Of a stretch of DNA of 64,000 bases, positions 17,656 to 33,393 are shown piece by piece; positions within the stretch are counted from its first letter, which is position 1; every line of letters starts with the position of its first letter. The position numbers were made by a program, and so were the translations under genes. Where the stretch lies: positions 18,426 through 82,425 of the IMG/VR virus record IMGVR_UViG_3300021389_000010. One strand, 5' to 3'. Source of the DNA: a virus. The notes beneath the pieces are model-generated. The model did not search any database and was not told the origin of the DNA. It was given only the letters and a program-made list of their open reading frames with translations.

Positions 17656-18054
17656 ATGTCTTGCTCCTGCTCAACAAGCCAATGTTCCTGTGGAGACCCC
17701 ACAAACGTAAATTTGAATAACGCTGCACAAGTAAATATATGTGCCCGTCGCGGTGATACTTTTCAATTAGACGCCCAAGTAAAGGACTCTGATGGAACGG
17801 CATTAGACCTAACACTGTACACGTATAAAATGGAAGTCAGAGAGTATGATGACGGCCCATTAATTATACCTAGTACAGACATAACAATTAGCGGCACCAA
17901 TGTTGGTGCTTTAACTATTTCTATTTCCGCTACAGATATGCAGGTAGAGCCCGGTACTTATGTGTACGGCCTGCAGGCTACACTGATTTCAGACTCTAGT
18001 GTAGACACATGGTTCTATGGAACCTTTGATGTAGTGCAGGATATAGTGCAATAA
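17656..18054 (+). CDS. Ig-like/BppU-like fibre adaptor protein
   Basis: RRGDTF...DLT.Y...GTYVY pattern; directly before the fibre gene. Confidence 0.55.
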   Translation: MSCSCSTSQCSCGDPTNVNLNNAAQVNICARRGDTFQLDAQVKDSDGTALDLTLYTYKMEVREYDDGPLIIPSTDITISGTNVGALTISISATDMQVEPGTYVYGLQATLISDSSVDTWFYGTFDVVQDIVQ

Positions 18055-18067
18055 CAAAACAAAACCA

Positions 18068-23437
<5,370 letters not shown>

Positions 23438-23443
23438 ACAAGC

Positions 23444-24355
23444 ATGGCCCTAGGAACAACCAACATTTCTATTAGAGATATCTACACAGAGATGGGGAAG
23501 GCTGATAGCGCTAATCAGTCATTAGCCGAATTACGCTTTGGGGTAAACGATATTTACAATCAGTCTTTTGCTACTACCGATACTGCGACGAACATAAAAA
23601 TTGACCCGTTCAAGAGTTATGATAGTTTGGGTATGAAGTTTAGGTATCATCCTCCAAACGAGTATGAAACCTATAGAGATACTTCTACAACTCTTCTTGG
23701 GCCAGGACTATCTTTAAATAATAATGGAACAAGCACGGGTGACAATACAGGCGTGTTGTCTTTCGATGGGTCAAATGATTTCTCATACTTTGACGGCGTA
23801 GGTAGTGGAACAGCATATAAACAAAATCCAAGCGGGTACGCAACGATTTGCTTTTGGATAAAAGTAGAATCACTCCCTTCTAACAATACAAACTTTCTTA
23901 CAACAGATGCCACGGGTCAAGGGAACAACAGTCCCTACAAAGGATTCCACTTTAACTTAAGACCCGATGGACAGATTCGTCCGGTGCGCGGTGATGGTAC
24001 GGGTTCGGGTTCGGGAGATCGCCGTAGTTTTGGTACATCCTGGACATTGCAAACAGGAAGATGGCAGTTGTGTGCGTTTATATTATCTAACAGCGTCAAC
24101 TCAGCGAGCAGTTCAACAAACTGGGCTTATACTTTTTACAACGGAGGACAAGCAAGCGGAATGACTTTCTTAAGCGGATCAGGAGGAGCAATGTCATTCG
24201 ATAGCGGAAGCGGTTCTGTTGATGCGTTGTATTTGTCTATGGGTCAAAACTCAAGATATTTCAATGGACAGATTGGTCACATGTGGGTTTTTGATGAAGC
24301 CCTATCTGAGGAAGACATTACCACTCTTAATGAATCCACTTTATCATATTACTAA
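23444..24355 (+). CDS. LamG/concanavalin-A-like domain virion protein
   Basis: LSFDGSND, TICFWIK, W...FNGQIG...FDEALS motifs. Confidence 0.75.
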   Translation: MALGTTNISIRDIYTEMGKADSANQSLAELRFGVNDIYNQSFATTDTATNIKIDPFKSYDSLGMKFRYHPPNEYETYRDTSTTLLGPGLSLNNNGTSTGDNTGVLSFDGSNDFSYFDGVGSGTAYKQNPSGYATICFWIKVESLPSNNTNFLTTDATGQGNNSPYKGFHFNLRPDGQIRPVRGDGTGSGSGDRRSFGTSWTLQTGRWQLCAFILSNSVNSASSSTNWAYTFYNGGQASGMTFLSGSGGAMSFDSGSGSVDALYLSMGQNSRYFNGQIGHMWVFDEALSEEDITTLNESTLSYY

Positions 24356-24552
24356 TGACACGAGACGAGTTTATTTCTGGTACAGTATTCAAGTTCGAAG
24401 AGGGCGATACCGATTCCTATCACTACGACGGTCATGGGCTCGTGGGCGATGTTCCTTATGTATTGGTTTCAACTGGAGATGAGGCGATTACCATTCAAAT
24501 AAAGGAAGAGGAACAAAACATTTTATACTCTACATTAGACAAGGTGGGTTAG
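24355..24552 (+). CDS. hypothetical protein
   Basis: 65 aa, TAATG-coupled. Confidence 0.6.
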   Translation: MTRDEFISGTVFKFEEGDTDSYHYDGHGLVGDVPYVLVSTGDEAITIQIKEEEQNILYSTLDKVG

Positions 24553-24585
24553 ATGTTGTATCTTGAGTGATACAAATTTAATTCA

Positions 24586-25149
24586 ATGGACATTAAAACT
24601 TATGTCGTAGATGACTTCTATGATAATGTGGATGACGTTCGGAACTTTGCGCTTGAACAATCGTTTGACCAAAAGGGAAACTACCCTGGTGCCAGAACAA
24701 AGTCGTTCTCTACAGATAGCACAAAGGCTACAATCGAATGTATAGTCAGCCCTCTGCACGGCCCTATAACCTATTGGTCAGATCAGGGTTACAATGCAGC
24801 ATTCCAAATAACAACAGCGAAAGACAGGTCTTGGATTCACTATGATGGTGGAACCCAATGGGCTGGCGTGTTGTATCTAACACCAGATGCACCATTGTCT
24901 GGAGGCACTGGATTCTATAAACATAAAGCAACAGGGCTTCTAGAGCCGGCTACGCCTGGTGAAGATGCAGCGTGGGATAACCAGGCGCAGGATGTGACTA
25001 AATGGGAATTAGCAAGTAGCATTGGTAACGTATACAACAGATTAATACTCTACAAGGGTAGTTTGTTTCATACCTCCATGGATTACTTTGGTAATGACCT
25101 TTATACGGGTAGGTTGTTTCAAACATTCTTTTTTAATACACAACGATGA
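24586..25149 (+). CDS. 2OG-Fe(II) oxygenase-like protein (DUF6445-like)
   Basis: VVDDFY, YPGART, WIHYD, WAGVLYLTP, GGTGFY, YNRL...FH and RLFQTFFF motifs. Confidence 0.8.
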   Translation: MDIKTYVVDDFYDNVDDVRNFALEQSFDQKGNYPGARTKSFSTDSTKATIECIVSPLHGPITYWSDQGYNAAFQITTAKDRSWIHYDGGTQWAGVLYLTPDAPLSGGTGFYKHKATGLLEPATPGEDAAWDNQAQDVTKWELASSIGNVYNRLILYKGSLFHTSMDYFGNDLYTGRLFQTFFFNTQR

Positions 25150-27458
25150 AAATAGTAATACACGCAGGATACTACGCTGAACCATGGGACTCAAACACAG
25201 AGGGATTGGGAGGCACAGAACAATGTATAGCGAATCTAGCCAAGCAGTTTGCCGCTGTTGCGAATAACTCGGTATACGTTGTAGGTATGGTAAAAGAACG
25301 ACACGACAAATACCTTGGTGGTGGAGATGTATACTATACACCTCTAGAGAATGTAAGCGATGTTGGAACTCCAGATGTTTTAATAGGTGTGGCTTATCTA
25401 CATTACTTAAAATATTATGACGTAGGCCCAGAAACTAAAAAGATATTTTGGCTACACAACGAACTCCCTTACTACTGGTATCAAGGTGAGCGCATGACGG
25501 ATAACGACATACAGCGGGCTTACAATGAAACAGAGGTGATTGTCTGTGTAACGAACTGGCATAAAGAAGTTTTCTCTATTCAAGAGAAGGCTGTGATACA
25601 CCCAGATAAAATCAAGGTTATAGGCAATGGTATAAGTGTAAGCAATGTCGCGCCAGTTTCTAAGAAAGAGCCAGGATCTTATGTATACACCTCGCATCCA
25701 GAAAGAGGGTTAGACAGAGTTCTAGATGACTGGGAACTTAAGTATTCAACAGGCTCAAATAAACTTCACATATCTACACCTTCTTATGGATTGAAGTATT
25801 ATGAAAAGCATTTCGCAGAGCGTGTAGAGCAAATGCAAAACGTAATCTATCACGGTAACCTTTCTGTAACAAAACTGTACGCACTATTGTCGCAAATGGA
25901 AACCTGGTATTACCCAACAGAATACAATGAAACATTTTGTATTACTGCGTTAGAGATGTTAGCACACAAGGTTCTTCCGGTTGCAAACCCAATCGCTGGA
26001 CTAGAGGAAACGCTCAATGGATTTAACAAAGAGATACAAGACTGGACAGCGGTAGAGAAGTATATACAGACCAAAGACTGGGGTAAGGTAAAAGAGGAAT
26101 GGTATGGCCTTATAGAAAACATACCTTCACTTACTGCAAAGGACTCTATTGATTACTCTAATCTAGAGAACACACCTCCCCTTCCTTTTGTAGACATGAC
26201 GTACATCATTACCCTCCATCCCGAGAAGGAGCAAGAACTACGTAATCGATTTATGGAGTTTGGAATGATGAGTCCTGTAACGATATTCCATGGAACCAAT
26301 GGGCATACCGGGGAGAACATGCCTACTGACTACGAGGTTTGTAATCATTGGAAAATAGATGGTCATAAAAATAAATGGTGGGACAGAAATGTTTTGCCGG
26401 GAGAAGCAGGCACATCTCTTTCTCATTGGAGATTATGGAAGGATGCTTATGAAAAGGGTTATGAGAAGATACTAATCTTAGAAGATGACTTTGAGGTAAC
26501 AAGGAAGTTTAACAAAGAGGAATTGGAGACAGACTATGATTGGACTCTGTTCTACCTGTCTTGTAATTTTGTTGAGAAGCCAGAGGTTCTTTCTGAGAAT
26601 CATGTAAAGCCAAAACTAACTTACTGTACTCACTCTTATATACTTACCCGTGAGGGAATACGCTTGTTGCTAGAGCAAAACTTTAATCATTACATATTTC
26701 CTATTGACGAGTTTGTTAGTGCAACATTTACAGAACATCCTAGAGGTGATCTGGGATACATCACTAGAGATACACGCGCTATTGCATTAGCAAAAAACAA
26801 GCACATGTTTAAACAAAAAGACCAGGAATCTATGGGACACAATGTATTTGATTATACGAAGAGTTTTTTGAGAAACATACCTTACGATGAGTTCGTGGAA
26901 AAGTTCTTGACATACAGCGCAAAGTTGAAGAAGTTTGACTTGATAGTAGATGAGCCTATACCGGACGTCTTTACGTTTCCGTTATTCACAGAGGAGTTTT
27001 GTGACTTAGTAATCAAAGAGGCAAATGCTTCTGGAAAGTGGACGAAGGACAGACACGAATATTATCCCGCTACAGATATGCTGATTAGTGAACTAGGCTT
27101 GCACTGGTACTATGAAAGAATACTAAAAGAATATGTGTACCCGGCAGCAATACATTTATGGCAACTAAGTGGTAAGGGATGGAATGTAATGAATACTGAA
27201 ACCTTTATTATAAAATACGAAGAGTCTGTACAAGGACATCTTGACCTGCATCACGATGCTGCAGACATATCTTGTGTGCTTGCTCTTAACGACGGGTATG
27301 AAGGAGGAGGAACTTATTTTAGTAGACAGAGTGCCCTGCATAAAGGGAAGGTTGGACACATAGCGATTCACCCATCTCAAGTCACACACCTTCATGGAGC
27401 AAGACCTGTGGTTAAGGGAGAGCGATATGTACAGGTATCGTTTTGTAAAAGGCCATAG
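25146..27458 (+). CDS. three-domain fusion: GT-B glycosyltransferase + GT25 (COLGALT-like) + PLOD-like lysyl hydroxylase
   Basis: GLGGTE...YTSHPERGL...ETFCITALE (GT-B); GEAGTSLSH..LW...ILEDD...PIDEF (GT25); PDVFTFPLF...HHD...YEGGGT...HP..THLHG...GERY..VSF (PLOD C-terminal domain). Confidence 0.88.
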   Translation: MKIVIHAGYYAEPWDSNTEGLGGTEQCIANLAKQFAAVANNSVYVVGMVKERHDKYLGGGDVYYTPLENVSDVGTPDVLIGVAYLHYLKYYDVGPETKKIFWLHNELPYYWYQGERMTDNDIQRAYNETEVIVCVTNWHKEVFSIQEKAVIHPDKIKVIGNGISVSNVAPVSKKEPGSYVYTSHPERGLDRVLDDWELKYSTGSNKLHISTPSYGLKYYEKHFAERVEQMQNVIYHGNLSVTKLYALLSQMETWYYPTEYNETFCITALEMLAHKVLPVANPIAGLEETLNGFNKEIQDWTAVEKYIQTKDWGKVKEEWYGLIENIPSLTAKDSIDYSNLENTPPLPFVDMTYIITLHPEKEQELRNRFMEFGMMSPVTIFHGTNGHTGENMPTDYEVCNHWKIDGHKNKWWDRNVLPGEAGTSLSHWRLWKDAYEKGYEKILILEDDFEVTRKFNKEELETDYDWTLFYLSCNFVEKPEVLSENHVKPKLTYCTHSYILTREGIRLLLEQNFNHYIFPIDEFVSATFTEHPRGDLGYITRDTRAIALAKNKHMFKQKDQESMGHNVFDYTKSFLRNIPYDEFVEKFLTYSAKLKKFDLIVDEPIPDVFTFPLFTEEFCDLVIKEANASGKWTKDRHEYYPATDMLISELGLHWYYERILKEYVYPAAIHLWQLSGKGWNVMNTETFIIKYEESVQGHLDLHHDAADISCVLALNDGYEGGGTYFSRQSALHKGKVGHIAIHPSQVTHLHGARPVVKGERYVQVSFCKRP

Positions 27459-27619
27459 TATGAGACACTTTATAGACCTAACGACAGAGCAATTAAGGTT
27501 GCTTTATATACTAATACCATCGCACCACATGGAAAGCGAAAAGGTTATGGAGATAGTAAAGAAACTCGAGACCCACCTCGCTGTACCTGGGGTCAAACGA
27601 TAATGCTTATATTTGCTCT

Positions 27620-27913
27620 ATGGCAAAAAGTAAGTATGCAAATTTTCTAAAGCGTCACGGTTTAAAAGGATTTAACAAGCCTAAGCGCACACCAGATCAC
27701 TCTAAGAAATCTCATGTTGTTGCGGCCAAAGAAGGAGATAAGGTTAAACTTATACGCTTCGGAGAGCAAGGGGCATCAACAGCGGGCAAGCCAAAGTCTG
27801 GTGAGTCTGACAGAATGAAGAAGAAACGTGCATCATTTAAAGCGCGTCATGCTAAGAACATTAAGAAAGGAAAGATGTCTGCCGCTTACTGGGCTAATAA
27901 AGTAAAGTGGTGA
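27620..27913 (+). CDS. small Lys-rich protein
   Basis: 97 aa; KLIRFG and ARH...SAAYWA motifs; follows TATATTTG. Confidence 0.8.
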   Translation: MAKSKYANFLKRHGLKGFNKPKRTPDHSKKSHVVAAKEGDKVKLIRFGEQGASTAGKPKSGESDRMKKKRASFKARHAKNIKKGKMSAAYWANKVKW

Positions 27914-28110
27914 TGGTAAAGAAGTATAGAAAAGGAGGCAAGTCCAAAGTAAACGAGGCGGGTAATTACACTAAGCCTTCTATGCGTAAGCGTATATTCA
28001 ATAGGATAAAAGCAGGAACCAAAGGAGGTAATGCAGGGCAGTGGTCTGCACGTAAAGCACAAATGTTAGCCAAAGCATACAAGGCAGCAGGAGGTGGATA
28101 CAAAAACTAA
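27913..28110 (+). CDS. small basic protein (DUF5872-like, N-terminal part)
   Basis: NYTKP...GGNAGQWSARKAQ...YKAAGGGY. Confidence 0.7.
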   Translation: MVKKYRKGGKSKVNEAGNYTKPSMRKRIFNRIKAGTKGGNAGQWSARKAQMLAKAYKAAGGGYKN

Positions 28111-28349
28111 TGGCGCTTAAGAAATCACAAGAGTCCTTAAAGAAATGGACAAAGCAAAAGTGGAGAACCTCTGACGGAAGTAAGTCGGAAGGGAAGAAGC
28201 GCTATCTACCAGACGCTGCATGGAAGGCGTTGTCACCAGCAGAGAAAGCCGCAACCAATAAAGCGAAAGCAGAGGGTAATAAAAAGGGAAAGCAATTCGT
28301 TGCTCAACCAGATAAAATTAAGAAGAAGGTAAAGAAGTACCGATCATAA
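28110..28349 (+). CDS. small basic protein (DUF5872-like, C-terminal part)
   Basis: SLKKWTKQKW...RYLP...GKQFV. Confidence 0.7.
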   Translation: MALKKSQESLKKWTKQKWRTSDGSKSEGKKRYLPDAAWKALSPAEKAATNKAKAEGNKKGKQFVAQPDKIKKKVKKYRS

Positions 28350-28904
28350 CTCCTCTATAGGAACAGGGCTTCTAAACTTGTGACCCTCTTGATGTCTCTT
28401 TAGATTTTTCTCAAACGGATATTGTATTGACCGAAACCATAGTCCGAACGGCCCTGTTTTATAATGCTTTCTGTTTCCCTCTGGAGCACTACTGTTACTA
28501 AAGTAGTTTGTTATTTCATAAGACATTTCTTCTATATATGTTCCGTCCCACTTATCTATACCACCACAGTTCAGTACACAATTATCTATAGTTTCCTTTA
28601 ACTGTATGTCTATGTATATGCCGTGAGTAAAACCAATGGCGCATATTTTCCACATTAAATCGTAAGCCTCTTTACTAGGCGTCCCTATTAGTGCTATATC
28701 GATATCCCATGTAAGCCAACCCTCTAAAGCACCCCCTAGGACATACGCTTTATATTCTCCCAGGTCTAACTTTTTTATATCATTGACGGTAGAGACAAAC
28801 AACGGATCTTCAGTACCCTCTATGGAGTACCATCCTTTGCGCGTAAACGGGCCATATTCTATAGTAACATCTGCGTAACTCACTTTAGTAAACTTACAAA
28901 ACAT
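28344..28904 (-). CDS. putative minimal nucleotidyltransferase
   Basis: YVLGG...TWDIDI plus a downstream acidic residue (YIDI), resembling the Pol-beta superfamily motif. Start uncertain. Confidence 0.55.
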   Translation of the reverse strand: MFCKFTKVSYADVTIEYGPFTRKGWYSIEGTEDPLFVSTVNDIKKLDLGEYKAYVLGGALEGWLTWDIDIALIGTPSKEAYDLMWKICAIGFTHGIYIDIQLKETIDNCVLNCGGIDKWDGTYIEEMSYEITNYFSNSSAPEGNRKHYKTGPFGLWFRSIQYPFEKNLKRHQEGHKFRSPVPIEEL

Positions 28905-28936
28905 TACTTAAATTTGCCTTACAAACACATAGTATT

Positions 28937-29524
28937 ATGAATGACAGAATGAAAGAGATGTACAAAAGCGGTGGCTTACTAAAGGCGCTTTTAAAGGATC
29001 CGTCTCAAAGAAAGATGGCTGCCGATATGCTTGCATCTAACAGCGACTCTGTTGTAGATGGTAATGCCGGTAGAGGCGGCACTAAAAAATATGTTGCCGG
29101 AGGCTCAGTAGAAGAGCGCATCAAAACAATGCTTGGCGCACCAGCAGGGTTTAATCCTGGGGCTAAAGACCAATACGCTATGGGAGGCGTAATGAAGTAC
29201 CGCATGGGTGGTAATATGCCTGGTGAAGACGAAGATGTCATTACTGAAATGGATCTCGACAGAATACAAGATTCTACAAGTGGAAACTTTGAGTATGCCG
29301 GACAAGACTTTTTAGAGCAGCGTGAAGAAGATATTGAAGACGCTGGAAAACTCTTAAAGTTCTTTGCTGTCAAAGAAGCGGCACGCCTGTTAGACGCAGA
29401 AGGTATCAGCCCACGTGGTATGCGACCAGAGGAACTTTTAAATGCGGCTCGTAAAAAAGGATTGAACCCCATGACAGCGGCAAAAGATTTGTTTGACAGA
29501 GAAATTGACAGACGCAGAATGTAA
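28937..29524 (+). CDS. putative virion protein with YxxGG repeats
   Basis: YKSGG, YVAGG, YAMGG and YRMGG. Confidence 0.75.
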   Translation: MNDRMKEMYKSGGLLKALLKDPSQRKMAADMLASNSDSVVDGNAGRGGTKKYVAGGSVEERIKTMLGAPAGFNPGAKDQYAMGGVMKYRMGGNMPGEDEDVITEMDLDRIQDSTSGNFEYAGQDFLEQREEDIEDAGKLLKFFAVKEAARLLDAEGISPRGMRPEELLNAARKKGLNPMTAAKDLFDREIDRRRM

Positions 29525-29545
29525 TATCTGTGTTACAATGATGAA

Positions 29546-29580
29546 TAAAAAAAGGGGGCCGTTAAGCCCCCTTCTTCGTT
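29546..29580. terminator. probably bidirectional intrinsic terminator
   Basis: A-tract, GGGGGC-CGTTAA-GCCCCC, T-rich tail, between convergent genes. Confidence 0.8.
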
Positions 29581-29874
29581 TTATATTCTAGAGATAGTAG
29601 TTGTCTCTCTTCGTCCGTACCAAACGTGGTAGGAGATTCTCCACTTTTTGTGATAGAAGATTCTACTGTGTCCATTCAAATCTTCTACAATCCTGTGCGG
29701 TTGTGCTAACTGCATCTCTGTAGGTAGGTCAACATAGTCGATGTGAACAATGGTGTCTCCAGGAAATGGGATTGACAATTCGTACTCGTATCCTGCTGCT
29801 AAATCGAGGATACTTTCTTGTGCATTTGCTGCTACTCCAGTAAGGAGTAATAGGCTCATAATTAAATGTTTCAT
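29581..29874 (-). CDS. putative secreted protein
   Basis: Signal peptide MKHLIMSLLLLTGVAANA-Q (Bacteroidota-type Gln after cleavage). Confidence 0.7.
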   Translation of the reverse strand: MKHLIMSLLLLTGVAANAQESILDLAAGYEYELSIPFPGDTIVHIDYVDLPTEMQLAQPHRIVEDLNGHSRIFYHKKWRISYHVWYGRRETTTISRI

Positions 29875-29954
29875 AATAAATCGGTTAAAATTTCACTGCA
29901 GTAAACATAGTAATTCCTTTTTAACTTTGCAACAATCAGTTAAATTTTTTTGAA

Positions 29955-31112
29955 ATGAACAGTGTAGAATCAAACATGGAGCAGCAAATCAAAGACGCTG
30001 GCTTTAGTATCTCGGATACGATGCCAGGTGGAGATAACTCTGCACCACAAGAAGCGCAGCCACAGGAGGCGCAACCAGAACAACCGCAGGCCGAACAGCC
30101 ACCGGTTGAGAAACAAACAGCGCCCGAGCCGAGCGCACCAGTAGCAAATGCAGAACCTGCACCCGCTGCTCAAGAGGTTCAACAAGAAACCGCTCCCGTA
30201 CAGGAGTCCACACCAGACCCTGTACAGCAAGAGCAAAGTTCTTTTAATGAGGATTTATCAGCACTCGAAACTTTCTTTGGTGCTCTGAGCGAAACGCAAA
30301 CAGAGACTCCACAGCAGGTAGACAGTACTGAATCAATAACTGCAACAGAAATCGACCCACGAATTCAAGTTATTGCTGACTTCGTTGAGAAGACTGGACG
30401 TTCACCAGAAGATTGGTTCCGCTACCAGGCATTAGATCCATCCGAAATGGATGATCGCACTGCGATGCGTGTACAAATGGCAAGTGAATATCCATCATTG
30501 GCAAACGACGAGATTGATTTACTAATCAACTCTAAGTATAAGACCGATGACTCAATGTATAACGACGAAGAAGTAAGACTTGCAAACCTGCAGTTGAAGA
30601 TTGATGCAGAGAAGGCGCGCAACAGTATTGGTGAACTCCGTAATGATTACACCACACCTGCTGTGCAGGCTTCTACACCAGCCGAAGAGGAACCAAATCC
30701 CTTCGATGATTCTTGGCTCAATGCGAATCAAAGATCACTTAGTGAATTAAGCGAAATTGCTTTTGATTTACCAGGTGGTAAAGGATTCAACTTTGGGGTA
30801 CCGCAAGATTATCGAAACGAACTTGGTAAATCTAACAGCGACATGACTTCGTATTTCGATAAGTATGTTGGAAGTGAAGGTCAATGGGATCACGACTTGT
30901 GGAACATGCATAGAACAGTGACAGACAATCTGCCACAAATTCTAAACAGCATTTACTCACAAGGTCTTAGTGATGGTCAGCGTACCATCGTTGAGAAGGC
31001 TGCTAACATAGACCCGCAACAACCGCAGGCTAATCCTAATATGAGTCAACAGGACTCGCTAACACAACAAGTACTTGATGCGTTAGGACGTCCGCAAATG
31101 TTTTTAAAATAA
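29955..31112 (+). CDS. probable capsid scaffolding protein
   Basis: Acidic, Pro/Gln-rich N-terminus; immediately upstream of the major capsid gene. Confidence 0.65.
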   Translation: MNSVESNMEQQIKDAGFSISDTMPGGDNSAPQEAQPQEAQPEQPQAEQPPVEKQTAPEPSAPVANAEPAPAAQEVQQETAPVQESTPDPVQQEQSSFNEDLSALETFFGALSETQTETPQQVDSTESITATEIDPRIQVIADFVEKTGRSPEDWFRYQALDPSEMDDRTAMRVQMASEYPSLANDEIDLLINSKYKTDDSMYNDEEVRLANLQLKIDAEKARNSIGELRNDYTTPAVQASTPAEEEPNPFDDSWLNANQRSLSELSEIAFDLPGGKGFNFGVPQDYRNELGKSNSDMTSYFDKYVGSEGQWDHDLWNMHRTVTDNLPQILNSIYSQGLSDGQRTIVEKAANIDPQQPQANPNMSQQDSLTQQVLDALGRPQMFLK

Positions 31113-31133
31113 CTGCTATAAAAAAATATTATC

Positions 31134-32519
31134 ATGGCAAATTCGTACCCTCCGGTATTTAACGACAACAAAGCAGCGGTATTCCGTCGCCTTGACCCAG
31201 CGAAGTACACTTCGTTGGCTGATTTCATTGACGAAATCAACGCACCAGATAACCGTGACCAATTGGTTAAGACCTATGGTTACCAGCAAATCTCTGGTGG
31301 ACTTACAGGTTTCTTAAGTCTTACAGGTGCAGTACGCGCAAGCGGAACTGCTGACGCTGTACAGTACTGGGAAGAAACTCGTCTACACTCTTACGCTTCA
31401 GTTAACTTGGCAGCAACAGCGGCATCAGCGGCTACTACCTTGACTTTAACTAAAGCAACAAGTGATGCTAACGTATTGCGTTTGAACGACGTTGTATTAT
31501 GGAACGGCAAAGAGCGTGGTATCGTAACTGCTATCTCTCCAACAGGTGAGATTGGTCACGCTGCTACTGCTTCTTACACTGTTGAGATTCTAAGTGGCAA
31601 CATCGGTGCAACTGCAGCGACTGGTGCTTACAACCTTCCAGTAATCGGTAACTTGTTCGCTCAAGGATCTGATCAGAACGCTGGTTACCTAGAGTCAAAC
31701 GTAATCAAGCGTACAAACTCTTACAACATTATCAAGGAAGTATTCAAGGTTACAGGTTCTCAAGCAACTAACATTGGTTGGGTTAACGTAGGTAACGGCG
31801 ACTACCGCTGGTACGTAAAAGGAGAAATGGACACTCGTGCTCGTTTCCTCGACAAGCGTGAAATGATGTTGTTGCTAGGTGAGACAATCACCAATACATT
31901 GACAACTACAAACATCGGTGGCAACCCAACAGCGGGTGAAGGTTACTTCGCTGCTATCGAAGACCGTGGTATTGTACAAGATGGTGAAATCACTACGTTC
32001 ACTCAAATGGACACGTTGATTGAAACACTAGACCAGCAAGGTGCTGCTCCAGAGTACGCTATGTACGTAAACTCTTCTCAAGCATTAGAGATTGACGACA
32101 TGGTTGCTTCATTAAATGGTGCTGCAGGTTTCACTAACGTAACCACTGGTATCGGTGCATTCGGTGGACGTGGATCAGAACTTGGTTTCGACTCATTCAA
32201 GCGTGGTGGATACACATTCCACAAGCACTCTTGGAAATTGTTGAACGAACCAACACTATTAGGTTCTGCGAACGCACACTACTTGGGAGCAATGATTCCG
32301 TTAACAACTGTTGTTGATCCTAAGACAGGCGATCGTGCTGCTGCTTTGGAGTTAAACTACAAAGACACTAACGGTTACTCTCGCGAAATGGAGCACTGGA
32401 TGACAGGTTCTATCTTAGGTGTAAACAACACCAACGAAGATAGCCTTCAGTTCAACTACCGTTCTGAGTGTGCATTGGTTACTCGTGCAGCAAACCAACA
32501 CATCCTTATCACTGCATAA
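31134..32519 (+). CDS. major capsid protein
   Basis: 461 aa, strong codon bias, follows the scaffold gene and is followed by a terminator. Confidence 0.8.
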   Translation: MANSYPPVFNDNKAAVFRRLDPAKYTSLADFIDEINAPDNRDQLVKTYGYQQISGGLTGFLSLTGAVRASGTADAVQYWEETRLHSYASVNLAATAASAATTLTLTKATSDANVLRLNDVVLWNGKERGIVTAISPTGEIGHAATASYTVEILSGNIGATAATGAYNLPVIGNLFAQGSDQNAGYLESNVIKRTNSYNIIKEVFKVTGSQATNIGWVNVGNGDYRWYVKGEMDTRARFLDKREMMLLLGETITNTLTTTNIGGNPTAGEGYFAAIEDRGIVQDGEITTFTQMDTLIETLDQQGAAPEYAMYVNSSQALEIDDMVASLNGAAGFTNVTTGIGAFGGRGSELGFDSFKRGGYTFHKHSWKLLNEPTLLGSANAHYLGAMIPLTTVVDPKTGDRAAALELNYKDTNGYSREMEHWMTGSILGVNNTNEDSLQFNYRSECALVTRAANQHILITA

Positions 32520-32534
32520 GGAGAACAAACATCG

Positions 32535-32563
32535 GAGGGGGGCGTTGCCCCTCTCCTTTTTTT
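32535..32563 (+). terminator. intrinsic terminator after the major capsid gene
   Basis: GGAGGGGGGC-GTT-GCCCCTCTCC followed by a T-run. Confidence 0.8.
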
Positions 32564-32583
32564 AATTATTTAATTCTATTAAA

Positions 32584-33384
32584 ATGGCAACACAAGCAAA
32601 GGCTGCACCTGCGGCAAATAAAAAGACTGCGCCCAAGAAGGGTTACAGCGCTATCAAAAAAACCCCTACCGCTCCATCACAGAAGGTGTACGAGATTATC
32701 AAAGGTGGAGGTATCATATTCAAACTAAGAACAGAGGCAACAGTATTCGACGCAGAGTCAAACACTGTGCGTGCTATTAGATACTGCCCAGGGGAGTCTA
32801 GTATTTATAAGGAAGAACAAAGCCCAAGTGCTAGACGTTCTCATATTGCTTTCAATAACGGATTACTTGCGGTGAACGTGTCACAACCAAACCTCATGGA
32901 GTTCTTAGACAAGCACCCAAGCAATGTGGCTAATGGTGGTAACAAATTCAAACTTGTCGACAACAGCACAGACTCTGAAGAACAAGTAGAGCAAGAATTT
33001 TTAACACACGATGCTATTGCGTTGGTTCGCAATAAAGACTCTGATGAGATTTTATCGGTAGCGATTGCCCTTGGCATCAACATCGAGCAGAAGATGATTG
33101 AGATTCGTCGTGAGTTACTGAGAGAGGCTAAAACAAACCCCGCTCAGTTTATATCAATGTTCGATGACCCACGTGTAAAAGTACGTTCCGCTGTTATTCA
33201 AGGATCAGACTTCCAGATTTTGGCAGCAAAGCCAGACGGAGTATATTGGTTTGACAGCGGCAGATTAATTCTATCAGTTCCTGCAGGGCAGGATCCTGTA
33301 GATATTATGGTTCGTTTCTGTCTCACTGAGAAAGGCGTTCCGGTTTACGAAGAACTCCTTTCTAGATTAGAAAAACTTTCGTAA
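32584..33384 (+). CDS. conserved phage protein (head module)
   Basis: 266 aa; IRYCPGE.SI and FL..HP.N..NGG motifs. Confidence 0.8.
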   Translation: MATQAKAAPAANKKTAPKKGYSAIKKTPTAPSQKVYEIIKGGGIIFKLRTEATVFDAESNTVRAIRYCPGESSIYKEEQSPSARRSHIAFNNGLLAVNVSQPNLMEFLDKHPSNVANGGNKFKLVDNSTDSEEQVEQEFLTHDAIALVRNKDSDEILSVAIALGINIEQKMIEIRRELLREAKTNPAQFISMFDDPRVKVRSAVIQGSDFQILAAKPDGVYWFDSGRLILSVPAGQDPVDIMVRFCLTEKGVPVYEELLSRLEKLS

Positions 33385-33393
33385 GTTTGTCTT

